Positions 39,125 through 52,295 of a stretch of DNA of 64,000 bases are shown here, piece after piece (the stretch's first letter is position 1; each line of letters opens with the position of its first letter). A program made the translations under genes and the position numbers. Where the stretch lies: NCBI RefSeq assembly GCF_006345805.1, contig NC_043003.1, positions 49,290,001 through 49,354,000 on the forward strand, written 5' to 3'. This DNA is from Octopus sinensis (taxonomy: Eukaryota). The notes under the pieces are model-generated. The model was not told where the DNA came from. It saw only the letters and a program-made list of their open reading frames with translations, and searched no databases.

Positions 39125-40255
39125 GTAATCAGAGATAATGCGTTCAAAGCAGAAGCAATGTTCCGTCACTGAGCTTTTTATGAAGAAGGTTACTCCGGTA
39201 TCTTTGGACTGCTGCGAAATGACACCACTACAAAGAGCAGTGTGCATAAATGGATGAAGAAAATTAAAGAAGGGTAAAAGGGCATTGAAGACAAAACATG
39301 CGGTGGGGAACCACTAGCTTCGACCACCAAGACAGAACCCTTGCGAATGGACCTACCAATTTGCGTGGACAACGAGTCACGATCCGAGAGCTGGCTGTTC
39401 AACTAGACTGTGGTCACAATGCATTACAGAAAATGATGGAAGAATGGGTATCTGAATGTGCGTGCAAAATGGGTACCTCGGCAGTTGACACTCAATTTAA
39501 AGGAGAGAGAACCGTTTTGAAGGGAATTCAAAAGAGAGAAGTCTGCTTTGATCTGCTCTAAGACTACTTTAGAAGAGACTTAAAGGAGAGGTTTGCTTTG
39601 AACTGCCCGAAGATTCTGAAGCCGATAAAGATATGAATTTCTTTTTTCTTTTTTGTCCCGGTCTAGTGACAAGGAATGAAACGTGGCCATATGTGTATGA
39701 TCCAAAAACGAAGGGTCAGTCTACTGAATGGTGCCATACCTCTTCTCCAAGACTCTTCTTCAAGTTTCAAAGTCCAGCAATCATTTCAGGAGGTCCTGGT
39801 GAAAGATTTTGGGGGTACTGCAAGGGCGTCACTCCCCTTTGATTTTCTGCAACTTAACTGTACCGTAAACTGCGAGCAGTACATTGAAGCATAAAAGAAG
39901 CCATTACGAGGAAAAGAGCAAACAAGAATGTGAAAGCGATCCATGTTGAGCGTGACAATGTACGAACACACGCATCTTTATCACCAAATAAAGTAGTAGG
40001 AAAACTGGGCAGGTCACTGCTCTTCTATTCACCATTCAACCCGGATACGGCTTCTTCCAATTTCTACTTGTTCGATATAATGTAGTGCAAGTCTTCCGGG
40101 ACAAAAATTTTGTGACGCAGACGAGGTGAGAGTGGTTCTGAAGAAGAGGGTGAAACGGTTCACACCTGAAGTTTTTCAAAGACGGTTCAAAAACCAGGCT
40201 CAAGGTCGCCACAGATACATCGCATGTATTGGAGATATTGTCGATTGTTAACTTT
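39125..40255 (+). mobile_element. Degenerate mariner transposase relic (irritans/Himar-like)
   Basis: VTIRELAVQL; CAKWVPRQLT; VTRNETWPYVYDPKTKGQSTEWCHTSSPR; KFKVQQS; DNVRTH; PFNPDTASSNFYLF; heavily frameshifted; TIRs not resolved. Confidence 0.7.
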
Positions 40256-40485
40256 GTCCTCTCTAGATATGTGTAGTTTAAGAGACTCATGTTAGTTTAT
40301 AAATAAGTTGCGCCCACTTATGTATTACTTTCAGTAGAACTTTTCTTTTTATACCTACATGCATGAATACATGCTTACATACATGCATGCATACATACGT
40401 ATACGCACACACAAACACACACACACACACAATATCATTTTGTAGACAATACCACATTTGTTTGGCCTTCTGCCGTATATGCAAG

Positions 40486-40869
40486 ACTAGTAGTATCGCC
40501 CGGCGTTGCTCAGGTTTGTAAGGGAAATAACTATAAAGCATTTTTAGAGAGTTATAGCCAAAAAATAGCAAAAAAATGGAAAAAAATGATGGTAAATTTT
40601 TTGAGAGTAAAAAAAGGTGGAGTTACGTCCCCTAGACAGTTTGCGGTTTGTGTTTCTGATTCTCGACCCCATGTCGAATTTATCGGTTTTTTTCAGAACT
40701 GGGGGAACTTTTCAAAATTTTCGCTGCGTTAGTTTTGAATTATGACATTGGGCTATGTGTGTGTCAAGTTTCATCAGAATCGGTTGAAAGCCGTGGTCAG
40801 GGTGAGGGTACAAGCAAACAGACACACAGAAACACGCACAGACAAACTGCCGTTTATATAGAGAGAGAT
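40486..40869 (+). mobile_element. Putative non-autonomous Helitron-type element
   Basis: ACTAGtagtatcgcccggcgttgctcagg ... aagtttcatcagaatcggttga..acagacaaactgccgtttatatagagagagat. Confidence 0.5.
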
Positions 40870-40964
40870 ATACAGATTGTTATTTTGAACTAGTACGGCT
40901 TCCGTAGCTAATGACGAATATGTGTCTATGTGTGTGTGTGTGTGTGCTTATGCATGTATGTATG

Positions 40965-40995
<31 letters not shown>

Positions 40996-41714
40996 GCATG
41001 TATGTATGTATACATGTATGTATGTATGTATGTATGTATGTATGTATGTATGTATGTATTTACATATTTCAGAAATTTCTCTTTGCTACGATATATGTCG
41101 TTAAACATATGACAGCATTATCTATTAACTAGATACCTCGTGAATTTTTCTCAACCACTAATAACATCAGTACGGTTAGTTACTTCTCTTACACAGCAAT
41201 CGTCGAACCCGACCGGCGTGCAAACATAAGCTGAATAGTAGATATGGAGTTAATTACTGTACAGTATATACGTTCATAATGAATCGGCGCGGTTAGATGC
41301 AAGATAAAGCAGACAATTCTTAATGAAAGAAGCTATTATAAAGGAAACTTAATTAAAGTAATTACTGGAGACGATGTAAGATTTTATTGAACTAGATAAT
41401 TGTCTACTGAATATCAGTCTATGTTTAATTATAAGTAAAACTTCTGTAGTATGTCTAAAACATTTGATAGTAAATTTTTTGCACGTTTTATTTGTGTTCG
41501 CTATTAATATACATTCTTATCTTTCGAGAAATGCATTCGACATCGTTAAATGTGGTGTAAGTAACACCCATGTGCGTGAAAAATGTTGGTTAAATGTAAT
41601 TAGTAATTAGGATTACTGTATTTGATTAAGTTTTTCAATTATTTTTTTTTGTCTCTTTTAAATTTAGTGGAGTGACAGAAAAATGAGTGCCACAACTGAT
41701 GAAAAATTATGCAG

Positions 41715-41770
<56 letters not shown>

Positions 41771-41909
41771 ATATATACATATACATGCATACAGACACAC
41801 ATATATATATATATACATACATACAAACAGACATACATATATAATATATATATATATATATACATACATATATATATATACATACATATATACATACATA
41901 TATACATAC

Positions 41910-41972
<63 letters not shown>

Positions 41973-42017
41973 ATAATATATATAATATATATATAATATA
42001 TATATATACATACATAT

Positions 42018-42576
42018 AGCATTATTAAATCTCAGAACGAGATGTAAACAGCAACCGCTCGACAATGTAAAGTATAATACCCATCTCAATATGGCTAACC
42101 ACAAAGGGGGTTGTTACTGTAGCTTTTAGCCCCAGAAGATCATCGTCTCCAGCTGGCTTTAGGCACACTATCTGTGCCCTTATGGTATTTACAATATATG
42201 TGTTTTTCTAGATGGCTATTATACTTTACATTGTCGAGCGATTACTGTTTACATCTCGTTCTGAGATTTAATAATGCTTGCAGACAGTTTTTCGAAATCA
42301 GTGACGGAAGTTACTAGAAAAACACATATATTTGCATACAGGCTTTCCCTTTCATCGTGATCCGGTGATTACCGCCCGTTGATAAGAGGCAACAACCTCG
42401 AAACTGCAGTCCGGTGCGTATCACTTAGGCTTACGAGAAAGGGATGGCCTCCCTTTGCAAATACCATAAGGGCACAGATAGTGTGCCTAAAGCCAGCTGG
42501 AGACGATGATCTCCTGGGGCTAAAAGCTACAGTAACACCCCCCTTTGTGGTTAGCCATATTGAGATGGCTATTATA

Positions 42577-42579
<3 letters not shown>
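42018..42579 (+). mobile_element. Non-coding ribozyme-containing retroelement (retrozyme/PLE-pLTR-like): 353-nt terminally redundant unit plus a 5' inverted partial copy
   Basis: 17-nt direct repeat agatggctattatactt at 42210 and 42563. 42018-42190 is the reverse complement of 42459-42562 joined to 42210-42278 (5 mismatches in 173). HHR at 42376-42414. Confidence 0.75.
42376..42414 (+). ncRNA. Minimal type I hammerhead ribozyme, U3:A8 variant, apparently intact
   Basis: CCG-TTGATAA-GAGG-caacaa-CCTC-GAAA-C-TGCA-GTC-CGG. Stems I, II and III all pair; GUC cleavage triplet with C17 at 42411. Confidence 0.8.
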
Positions 42580-42625
<46 letters not shown>

Positions 42626-43371
42626 GTATGTGTATATACATATATATACACATACATACACACCACACACACACACACCACATATATTATATATATATAA
42701 TATATATATATATTATATGGTATGTATTTATATATATATATATATATATATAATTTGCCTTCTACATTTTGAGTTTAAATATCATTGGAACCATATATGG
42801 CTTCACTTTCCCTGTGGTTGTTGTTGATGTTATTGCTGTTGTAATTGTTGTTGAAAATAGTTCAGGTGCCACTGAGGCCGATCTTGCATTTCATTATTTC
42901 GGGATCGATAAGATAAAGTAACAGTTGAACACTGTGGTTGATGGAATCGACTTACTCCTCACCTCAAATTTCAGGCCTTACGTCTATAGAAGAAAGAGTT
43001 ATTGTTGAAAAGGTTCATTCGCCACAAATCGTCCTTCATCTAACACACCAGGCCTTTCAAACTTTCCAGTTTTGATTTTGCTTTCAATTTCAGCCATAAT
43101 GCATTTAGGATTACATTACTCAATGCGTATTTCTTTTTTTTTTTTTTTTTAGTTTGGTAGGGTATAATTTCAGGGAAATAAGAATTGGTGATAATTTCTA
43201 CTGTGACAAATGATCACGTAGAAGATGGCGTGCCTTTTCGGCGTTCAGAGATTAAATTTTCTCTCGCGCCCTAGTATCATTGTAGCTGGTTTCCCGGTTT
43301 CTATGGCGCGTGTCACCCCGCCGATGAGGACGCCAGTCCGTTGCAGGGATCAAGGCCAGAAACTTTTGAGT

Positions 43372-43772
43372 GGAGGGTGTAAGTCGATTACATCGACCTA
43401 AATACTTGTCTGATACTTAATTTTATCCATTCTGGAAGAATGAAAAGCAAAGCTGACTTCAGCTTGATTTGAACCGTAAAAAATGTTGCTAAGCATTTTG
43501 TCCGAAATACTAACGATTTTACCAGCTCGCAGACCTGATAAGCTAATTACCAGATATATAAACCTTTTCTAGTAAAGGCACACGGCCTGAAATTTTGGGG
43601 GAGGAGGCTAGTCGATTACTAGCCCAGTGGCTCAACAGGTACTTATTTCATCGACCCTGAAAGGATGAAAGGCAAAGTTAACCTCAGCAGGATTTCAACA
43701 CAGAACATAAAAAAACGGAAGAAATGCCACTAAGCATTTCGTCCAATATAATAACGATTCTGCTTGCTCGCC
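43372..43772 (-). mobile_element. Two stacked family A SINEs (43372-43530 and 43562-43772)
   Basis: Family A motifs; the second copy is flanked by a ~29-nt imperfect direct repeat gacctgataagct..cagata.ataa. Confidence 0.8.
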
Positions 43773-43851
43773 GACCTGATAAGCTGAATACAGATACATA
43801 ATGAAGTCGTTCAAATTGATTATACGCTTCTCTTAAAATTTTTCAGCTTTA

Positions 43852-44495
43852 AGGCATCACTGTGAGCAGTGATTTGCGTTGGACAAAGCATATCTCTAAA
43901 ATTGTCAAGAAGGCCGAGGGTGTCTTGGCATCACTCAGCAAGACTTTTGTTAGCCGCTCTCCAGCCATCTATTTAAAACTGTATACAGCTATGGTACGAC
44001 CACACTTGGAATTCGCATCATCAGTTTGGAACCCCTATCTTGCTCAGAACATTGACCTCCTGGAATCTGTTCAGAGACGTGCAACCAAACGCATACCCTC
44101 CATCAGACACCTACCATATTCTGAGCGCCTTGTTTCCCTGGGCATGGATCACTGAAGCTCCGGCGTCTGGCGACGGACTTGGTAAACGCCCACAAAGTTG
44201 TCAACCACCTCACCAATAACAACACTGAACACCTTTTTGATCTCCATGTGTCTAACACACGTGGACATGCCTACAAAGTCAGAAAACAACACAGCTCCCA
44301 TGACTTTCGGAAACATTTTTTCACGCTCAGAGTTGCTGAAGCATGGAATAAACTGCCTGCGTCAGTTGTTGACTGCCATGACACTGCATCCTTTAAGGCC
44401 CTCATGCTTTCCGAAATCCGTCGAAACTACACCTGATTATATATGCACTTTAGATGAGTTGCACCTGAGCACTGTACACAATGTTTATTATTATA
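43852..44495 (+). mobile_element. 5'-truncated CR1/L2-clade LINE, 3' end
   Basis: GITVSSDLRW..LKLYTAMVRPHLEFASSVWNPY..LLESVQRRATK; frameshift near 44150; NTRGHAYKV..RKHFFTLRVAEAWNKLP; 3'UTR ending ttattattat. Confidence 0.9.
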
Positions 44496-44593
44496 TTGTT
44501 TTAGTTATAAGTGGAGCAGAGTAAATGGTGAGTTTGTGGCTATTTCATTTGCCACTGATGAGCTGCGGCTGTTTCATTCTAATAATATCATTA

Positions 44594-44980
44594 GTGTGGT
44601 AAGTAGCTTGCTTACCAACCACATGGTTCCCGGGTTCAGTACCACTGCGTGGCACCTTGGGCAAGTGTCTTCTACTATAACCTCGGGTCGACCAAAACCT
44701 TGTGAGTGGATTTGGTAGACGGAAACTGAAAGAAGACCGTCGTATATATGTATATATATATATATGTGTGTGTGTGTATGTGTGTGTATGTGTTTGTCCC
44801 CCCCAGCATCGCTTGACAACTGATGCTGATGTGTTTACGTCCCCGTAACTTAGCGAATCAGCAAAAGAGACCGATAGAATAAGTACTAGGCTTACAAAGA
44901 ATAAGTCCTGGGGGTCGATTCATTCGACTAAAGGCGGTGCTCCAGCATGGCCACAGTCAAATGACTGAAACAAGTAATAG
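44594..44980 (+). mobile_element. SINE family B, near full length
   Basis: gtgtggtaagtagcttgcttaccaacc..accttgggcaagtgtctt..ggcggtgctccagcatggccacagtcaaatgactgaaacaagtaa. Confidence 0.9.
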
Positions 44981-46111
44981 AGCGCTGGTGAAACTGTAAA
45001 TCTCGCACATCCCGTTCCGCTCTCGTAATCCAAAATATAGTCTGCCTGTTGAAAATCTGAAGCCAACGGCACAAATGTTTATCATCTGCCATATGGCTGT
45101 GTGGTTTAGAAGCTTGCACTGTATTACATATGTGACACTCCTGGACTAAATATATTTTTGCATGGCGACTCAACTCCCAGAGTTGACATTAATATTTCTC
45201 GCAGTCCTTGCTTTCCTAAAATTTTGCCCCCTTGTATTCCACCCTAGTCTATATTTTTCATGATTTCAGTTGAATATCAGCTACACCAATCTCGCCAGTC
45301 TTGGAATGCTTGCATACGTCTTGAGTACTGCTCTGTTCTCTCAAGACTAACTCATAAATTGATAATTTTAGTAGCTTGTAAATCATCTGTAAATTCCTGA
45401 TAACAGACGTATGTCCACTATTAGTATATAATTATTTTACTGGTGTATTCTTATCGATAATTATTGATTTCTAATATGTCAATATTTATTGGTACGTATC
45501 GATAAATAGGTTCTATAGATTAAATTTCGGTTTCGGATTCTTAAGACGTGTTTCCCTCTCTTAGAGTTATAGAATTTCTTCTTCTCTCATTTCCATTACA
45601 ATTTGAATTGTATCAAAATGTCCAAGTTATGAAGAAAAGATTGAATATATTAGCTTTGTTTTAGTTTCATTGTTATCATTGTACCAGGTCGAACGGAAAG
45701 CTTTTAGTCTCGACTTTACACAAGGAAAAAAGAAAGAAGAAAAAAGCAAAAATTTAAAATGTTTTGATTACAATCTAATATTATTGATATTAAAATTCAT
45801 TGATGGTTAACCTTCAATAACAATTATATCGCAGAAAAGTCAGTTTAAACATTTAAGAACACACAAAAACTCTTACTGCAGTTTTCGTTGATATCTTAAC
45901 ATTTTTGCCTATAATGAAGTGTGATGAAACTTTTTCATACTTTAAAATAGACAGTGCGACCAAGAAATAAGCGAAAAGTAAATATAACTGATTTAGTTGT
46001 ATTTTTGACATTCTCGCAAAGTAATTTCAGCTTTGACACACGTTATCACATCAAGCCGCTTAACTAACAAATACAACTCTGAAATAACTTAATAGTTCTA
46101 TTATTTAAAAA

Positions 46112-46320
46112 AAGGCGGCAAGCTGGTAGAATCGTTACCGCGCTGGGCAACATGCTTTCGTCCGTCTTTACAATCTGGGGTCAAATTCCACAGTAGTCGA
46201 CTTAGCCCTTCATCCATTTTCGGGGGTCGATAAAACACTTGCCTGTTAACCAGTGGGGTCGATGTAATCAATTACTCCCTCCACCGAAACTGCTGGTCTC
46301 GTGCCAAATATAAGAAACCA
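46112..46320 (+). mobile_element. SINE family A
   Basis: aaggcggcaagctggtagaatcgtta..gggtcaaattcc..catccattttcgggggtcgataaa..ggggtcgatgtaatc. Confidence 0.75.
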
Positions 46321-47074
46321 ATAATTTTATTATTAAATTAAAACTTGGAACCTGTCTATTAGAAGAAAACTAAAAGTGCATATGATATCTTTGAAATTAA
46401 ACTTAGCGTTAGGATTAAATAAGGGATTTACAGTACCGAGACAATATTTCAGATTTTAGTTGCATGACTATCAAATCGAAGCCATGACTTGACTGGTTTA
46501 TCGACCTCTGAAGAAAGAACGATAAAGCAGACCCAAGTGAATACAGAAAATCGTAAAATAAAAGCAGTCCTAAACAAGATTTTCCAGTGCTTTATCAATT
46601 CTGCCGTTCACCGACCATATTGGGGTATACTTTAAAAAATGAGCTCTGCATACAGGACGAAACATCGCTGCTGTCAGCTTGCAATAAGGCCTCACAAATA
46701 TTTTTATGCCCAATAGTCGTAAGTCGTAATTGAAAAAAAATACAAGCAAGCCAGCAACTGTCTTCATAACAAGATTAACACAATTTCAAAATGTACGACG
46801 AATAAAGAAATCTTCAACGGCAGATAGCTGCGATGAGAATTCGTAGTTTGTAAAGATTTAAGTAAGGGAAAATTACTCTACTAGATATTTGTATTTTGTA
46901 CACTGTATATCCACAAAGAAGCTGTGTTTATGTGTAAAGTGTTCGTCAAAAATAAAACTTGCATAAGAATAATTGTCTCCTTTAATTGTGCTAACGCTTC
47001 GCTGCTTACTCACAAACAAAATGTCGATACTGAGATATACTCGACATAGATATCAATTTTGTAATTTTGAGGTG

Positions 47075-47232
47075 GGGGTGTGGGTAGCTCGATTACATTG
47101 GTCCTTTATATTTCATTGGTAGTTTATTTCATTGTCCCCCAACGGGGAAAAAAGGTAAACGATAACCTCAGCAGGATTTGAATTCCGAACGGAAAGTGCT
47201 GGATGTACTAACGAGTCTGTCAGTCCGCCACC
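47075..47232 (-). mobile_element. SINE family A, degenerate
   Basis: ctcgattacatt..aacctcagcaggatttgaattc. Confidence 0.55.
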
Positions 47233-48092
47233 TTATAGTTGTAGTTTACTGAAATATATTTTTGAGCTTAAAAAATACATATAGTGTTAATGCGAGATGG
47301 AACCAAACATCTTGACAGCAAGGCACGGATTTCATACTTACCAGTATCTCATTATAGAAAAATGCAACAAAAAATAAAACGAAACAAACAAACATCTTGA
47401 ATTAGAGATCACTTGACGTCAGTCATTGTGTTATCAAAAATAAATAGCTTTTAGCTATTTAGAGAAAATGGACTAGCTAGACAAGGCTGTGTTAATTTAC
47501 ATATTGCTATTTGTTAAAAGAAGCGTTAAGAAATAACTAATACACCGTGAAGAACTGTTTCGAAATTACTAATAAGCACAGGGAAATCTAAACAATTCGA
47601 TATACTGAAGAATATTTTGTGTTTAAAATGTATATGCTGCTGTTCGGTCTCGCCTCAGTCCTGATTGAACAAATCTATGTTTAGTTGTACTTCTAACCGT
47701 TATCATCCCATCGTTTTTCTCAAGACATTTCTCAAGGCATCTCAATTTTAAAGACGCTTGGCTGCGATCTGAGTGAGATTTCGCTGCTGTTTCTTAGAGT
47801 TTAAGTGATAACGTAGAGGTTAGTCTAATCTAAGACATTTATTTTCTATAAAACTTGCAGTTATAATTTGTTGGCAGCAAAATGATCTGAACGGAATAAA
47901 TTCTGAAATAGTCCGAAATTGCTATTATTTCGTGCTATCGAGACGTGCTAACAAGTACATACATACATACATACATACATACATACATACATACATACCC
48001 ACTTATGTAGACACACAGACACACACTCACATATATATAAGCATATATGAATATATGATTGAATACATGTGTGTGTATGTATACACACACAC

Positions 48093-48148
<56 letters not shown>

Positions 48149-48153
<5 letters not shown>

Positions 48154-48295
48154 GCATATGTGTGAGTATGTATGAATATACATTATTTACATTATTTACC
48201 TTTGACGGATATTTGTCCGCATCTTGTTTGTTGTTATCACAACGTTTCGGCTGATATACGCTGATATACGGAGTGCAGCTTATAAGATGGTATAT

Positions 48296-48364
<69 letters not shown>

Positions 48365-48516
48365 ATATGCATATGTGTGAGTATGTATGAATATACATTA
48401 TTTACATTATTTACCTTTGACGGATATTTGTCCGCATCTTGTTTGTTGTTATCACAACGTTTCGGCTGATATACGCTGATATACGGAGTGCAGCTTATAA
48501 GATGGTATATATATAT
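48149..48516. repeat. Tandem duplication (period 216) bounded by (TA)n; each unit carries a PLE-tail-like half hammerhead
   Basis: 48149-48300 equals 48365-48516; the minus strand reads tatatCAGCC-GAAAC-GTT-gtgataacaac with no CUGANGA arm. Confidence 0.85.
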
Positions 48517-48523
48517 ATATAAT

Positions 48524-48557
<34 letters not shown>

Positions 48558-49477
48558 AGGCTACTAAACTGTGTATTTTGTTGATGAGCTATATAATACT
48601 ATGTGTCTCTATTGAAATAATACAAGATTCAAACCGAAGCTGTGTAAACATGTAAACAAATACTCTAACACACTAAATATTTGTTGCGTAATCCTCTTCA
48701 GAGGTAAGAAAGTGTACATTGCCTTCGAATACGTTCCGAATAATGTTAACACCTGTGTCAGGTCATTGAAACTTTTTCTACCATCAAATAAATATGTAAT
48801 CTAGAAACTTATTTACGCGTGTCTGTGATTTTGTTCATAAATTTACAACAGCTTTAGTTAAATCTTGTAATTTTCAATATAAAATTATGTCTCTTGAGTA
48901 GATAGTTTCTACGATTTGCGGGTGGTTGCTGCTGATGGGACGATGTCCTCCATACTGGCAGATTGAGAGGCTACTCCTTCTGTTTACGTTTTTAGTGTTC
49001 CCTATCTTGTGAGATTTGAATGTACACAACGACAAATGTTATGATTCTGCATTGCATTTAACTGAGAAAAGACATTAATGTCGTGGCTGTGCTAAAGACT
49101 GCAGACCATTATCTGGACTAAAAGGTCGTCATCGCTTTGCAGGTCATTAACCAGCAGTGGTCACACTCGCTTCCTAGTAAATTATATCATATATGTACGT
49201 ATTTATATCTAACTGACCTTCTCCTATACACGCACATGTAATAAAGAAATGATTGACTGAGGCATACATATTCAAACACACACACAAACACACATACACA
49301 TATTCACTTAGATAGACAGATGAATAGATAGATAGACAGATTGATAGAAAGATAGTTAGATATGAAGGTAGATAGATAGACAGACAGCTAGTGACATAGA
49401 CAACTAAGGTGCACAGACAAGGAGACAGAGAGACAGACACACATACATATATGTCTCTCTGTCTATCAGTGTCTTTC

Positions 49478-49520
<43 letters not shown>

Positions 49521-49530
49521 AGTGTCTTTC

Positions 49531-49576
<46 letters not shown>

Positions 49577-50618
49577 TTATTTATCTATCTATGAAGCTAA
49601 CTGAATATATATATATGTATGTGTGTATGTATATATATATACAAGTGTGTGTATGCATGTATGCATATGTATGTCTCCCCAATTACTGTACACATATAAG
49701 TATGTTATGTACATTTGTGTGCGTGTGTTTCCGTTATGCTATTCGGAGTCAATCAATTTTTTATTGCTTTCAATACCGTGATACTGTACATATCATCCAT
49801 AATGCACTTTGCTTAAGTTCCTCATAAATATCAAATACCATAATTTAGGTTGTTTTCAAAGCGTGACTAGAATGTACGATATATTTTTGCATTGTAGATA
49901 GTATTCTTTGAATTATTTCTCATAGATGAAATTACTTTATTTTTGTTCTGAGGAAATGTATTCTGCTTTGATAAAAATTAAAGTCAAAGTCTCTTATAGT
50001 AACTTGGTACATTGTCTTAAAAATCACTACCATTTATTTGTTTTATATTTTTGTTTCTATTGTGTATTTTTAATTTGTTATAGGTTGTGTGCTTCACAAT
50101 ATTCTTAAACAGAGGATAGTTAAAAGGAAGAACAAAGAAGAAAGAAAAAAATCAATGAACTCGATTTCAATAAGTTCTTTTCTTTGTTGTTGTTGTTGTT
50201 GTTCTTGATGTTCTTGTCCTGCAAAGTAATTTTTTTTTTCGTGCACTAAATCACGAATTTTGATCGAAGTATCTATTTGTGTTGGTTACGTCTACACAGT
50301 ATAACTTTATATTGGATGATTTGCTGTGACTATTTCAGTTCTTTACTTTTCTCAATTGAAACTCTGCTTGGACGAATCTACATTATATTTTTATTTCTCT
50401 GTTGCAATTTGATCAAAATAAGTTGCAGTAAATATACTGGATCCATTCAATAGACGGCATTCTTTCTTCTAAATATTTAGGCTTGTGGCCATGTCAGTAC
50501 AGACAATAAAGTTTAAACTTACTGGGAACCATTCGAATTATGAACAGAATTTTTTCCCGCTCTCTTTTTCTCCTTTTTTTTTCACCAGCCGTCTTTATAT
50601 GAATTGGTCTTTCTGACG

Positions 50619-50657
<39 letters not shown>

Positions 50658-50929
50658 ACACACACACACACATACGCGTTTTCTTCGAGTACAAAGTAAA
50701 GAGCTCATATGTATAATAGACTAAATGTCATCGTTAGCGCTGACTACTTTCTATTACAACTTCTTCCGGAGAAGCGATCGGTAGAAGACATAACAACAAA
50801 GAATTTTTTTTCGCCAATATGATATTCATAGAACGAGCTTTAGCGTTTACCAGTGTGAAAGAACATGAAAGAACATGTTCTAAAATTACAGTTGGTCTGA
50901 TTTGCGTAAATTCTGTAAATCTCTTTTTT

Positions 50930-51146
50930 TTTTTACTTCTTTTTTTACTTCTTTCAATCATTTGACTGCAGCCATGCTGGAGCACCGCTTTTAGTCGAGC
51001 AAATCGACCCATGACTTATTCTTTGTAAGCCTAGTACTTATTCTATCGGTCTCTTTTGCCGATCCGCTAAGTTGCGGGGACGTAAACACACCAGCATCGG
51101 TTGTCAAGCGATGCTGGGGTGACAAACACAGACACACAAACATATA

Positions 51147-51225
<79 letters not shown>

Positions 51226-51378
51226 TATATATACGACGGGCTTCTTTCAGTTCCCGTCTACTAAATCTATTCACAAGGCTATAGTAGGAGACACTTGCCT
51301 AAGGTGCCATGCAGTGGGACTGAACCAAGAACCATGTAGCTGGTAAGCAAGCTACTTACCACACAGCCACTCCTGCGC
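50930..51378 (-). mobile_element. SINE family B, full length
   Basis: Reverse complement of 11535-11944: head at 51378, (TAAAAGA/A-rich) tail at 50930. Confidence 0.9.
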
Positions 51379-52295
51379 CTACATCAACCAGGTTCCATTT
51401 CGTTGTGATATTTTTCCAAGGTGAATTTTTTTCGTGATGACTTTTTGGATAGAATGTATACCATCCATTCTATTCACAAACCTTAGCTCCGTCACATCTA
51501 CTCGCACTGGGTATTAATCCTGTTTCTCTTTCATATCTAAAAAAACTTGAGAGCCATTTGCGCAGCGTCTCTTCAGTGCAGATACCTTAAGAGAACGAGG
51601 CAAGAATATCAAAATGAGACAGACTAGCAAATCCCTCGCGAGTATTGAAAGAAAATAGTTGGTGCAAAGATAGTATAGTTGTAGTTGTTCTTGATTAGGT
51701 GTGTTGCCTACGGGGATGAGATGGAGGAAAGAAGAGCGTGTGGAGTTGTTGGCTAAAAACCTAGGAATATTCTCCGGTGGCTTCGATATTGCTCCGCTCC
51801 ACTGGAGTGATCGATATTGTTGGAAGGTTATCAAATTAAGTCGAAAACTGGTGAAGAGAACGTCTCCCAGTGACGGCTGTATCTAGAACACACACATTCA
51901 TGCACATATATTATACACACATGCATATATACAAACACACACACACACACACACATGTATATTTTCTTGCCTATGTTTTACATCGCTACACGTGCTGTTT
52001 CATTCACATTTCTTAGTTACCATTGCTTTCTTCCTCTATCTACACGTATCCAGGTCACCAACTTTACTTTTCCTGCCCATTCTGCGGACCACTAAATAAG
52101 ATAACAACAACATATTTGGGTCGATTTTGTTGCGTAGATTTCAAAGTCGCGGTGCAATTCCAAATCCAACAAAAGCAAAAGCGAGTTCATTGATGATTAT
52201 CAGATAGATTTAATAAGAATGAAAAAAAAAATGAATCTTACCATTTCGGTGACATCATTGTGCAGAATTTTCAAGTAATAAGGTAACAATTTTTA

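Noticed and set aside
51490-51890. Possible LINE 3' relic on the minus strand (also 75-300 and 62600-62850)
   Set aside because: The similarity is too faint to call without a search.
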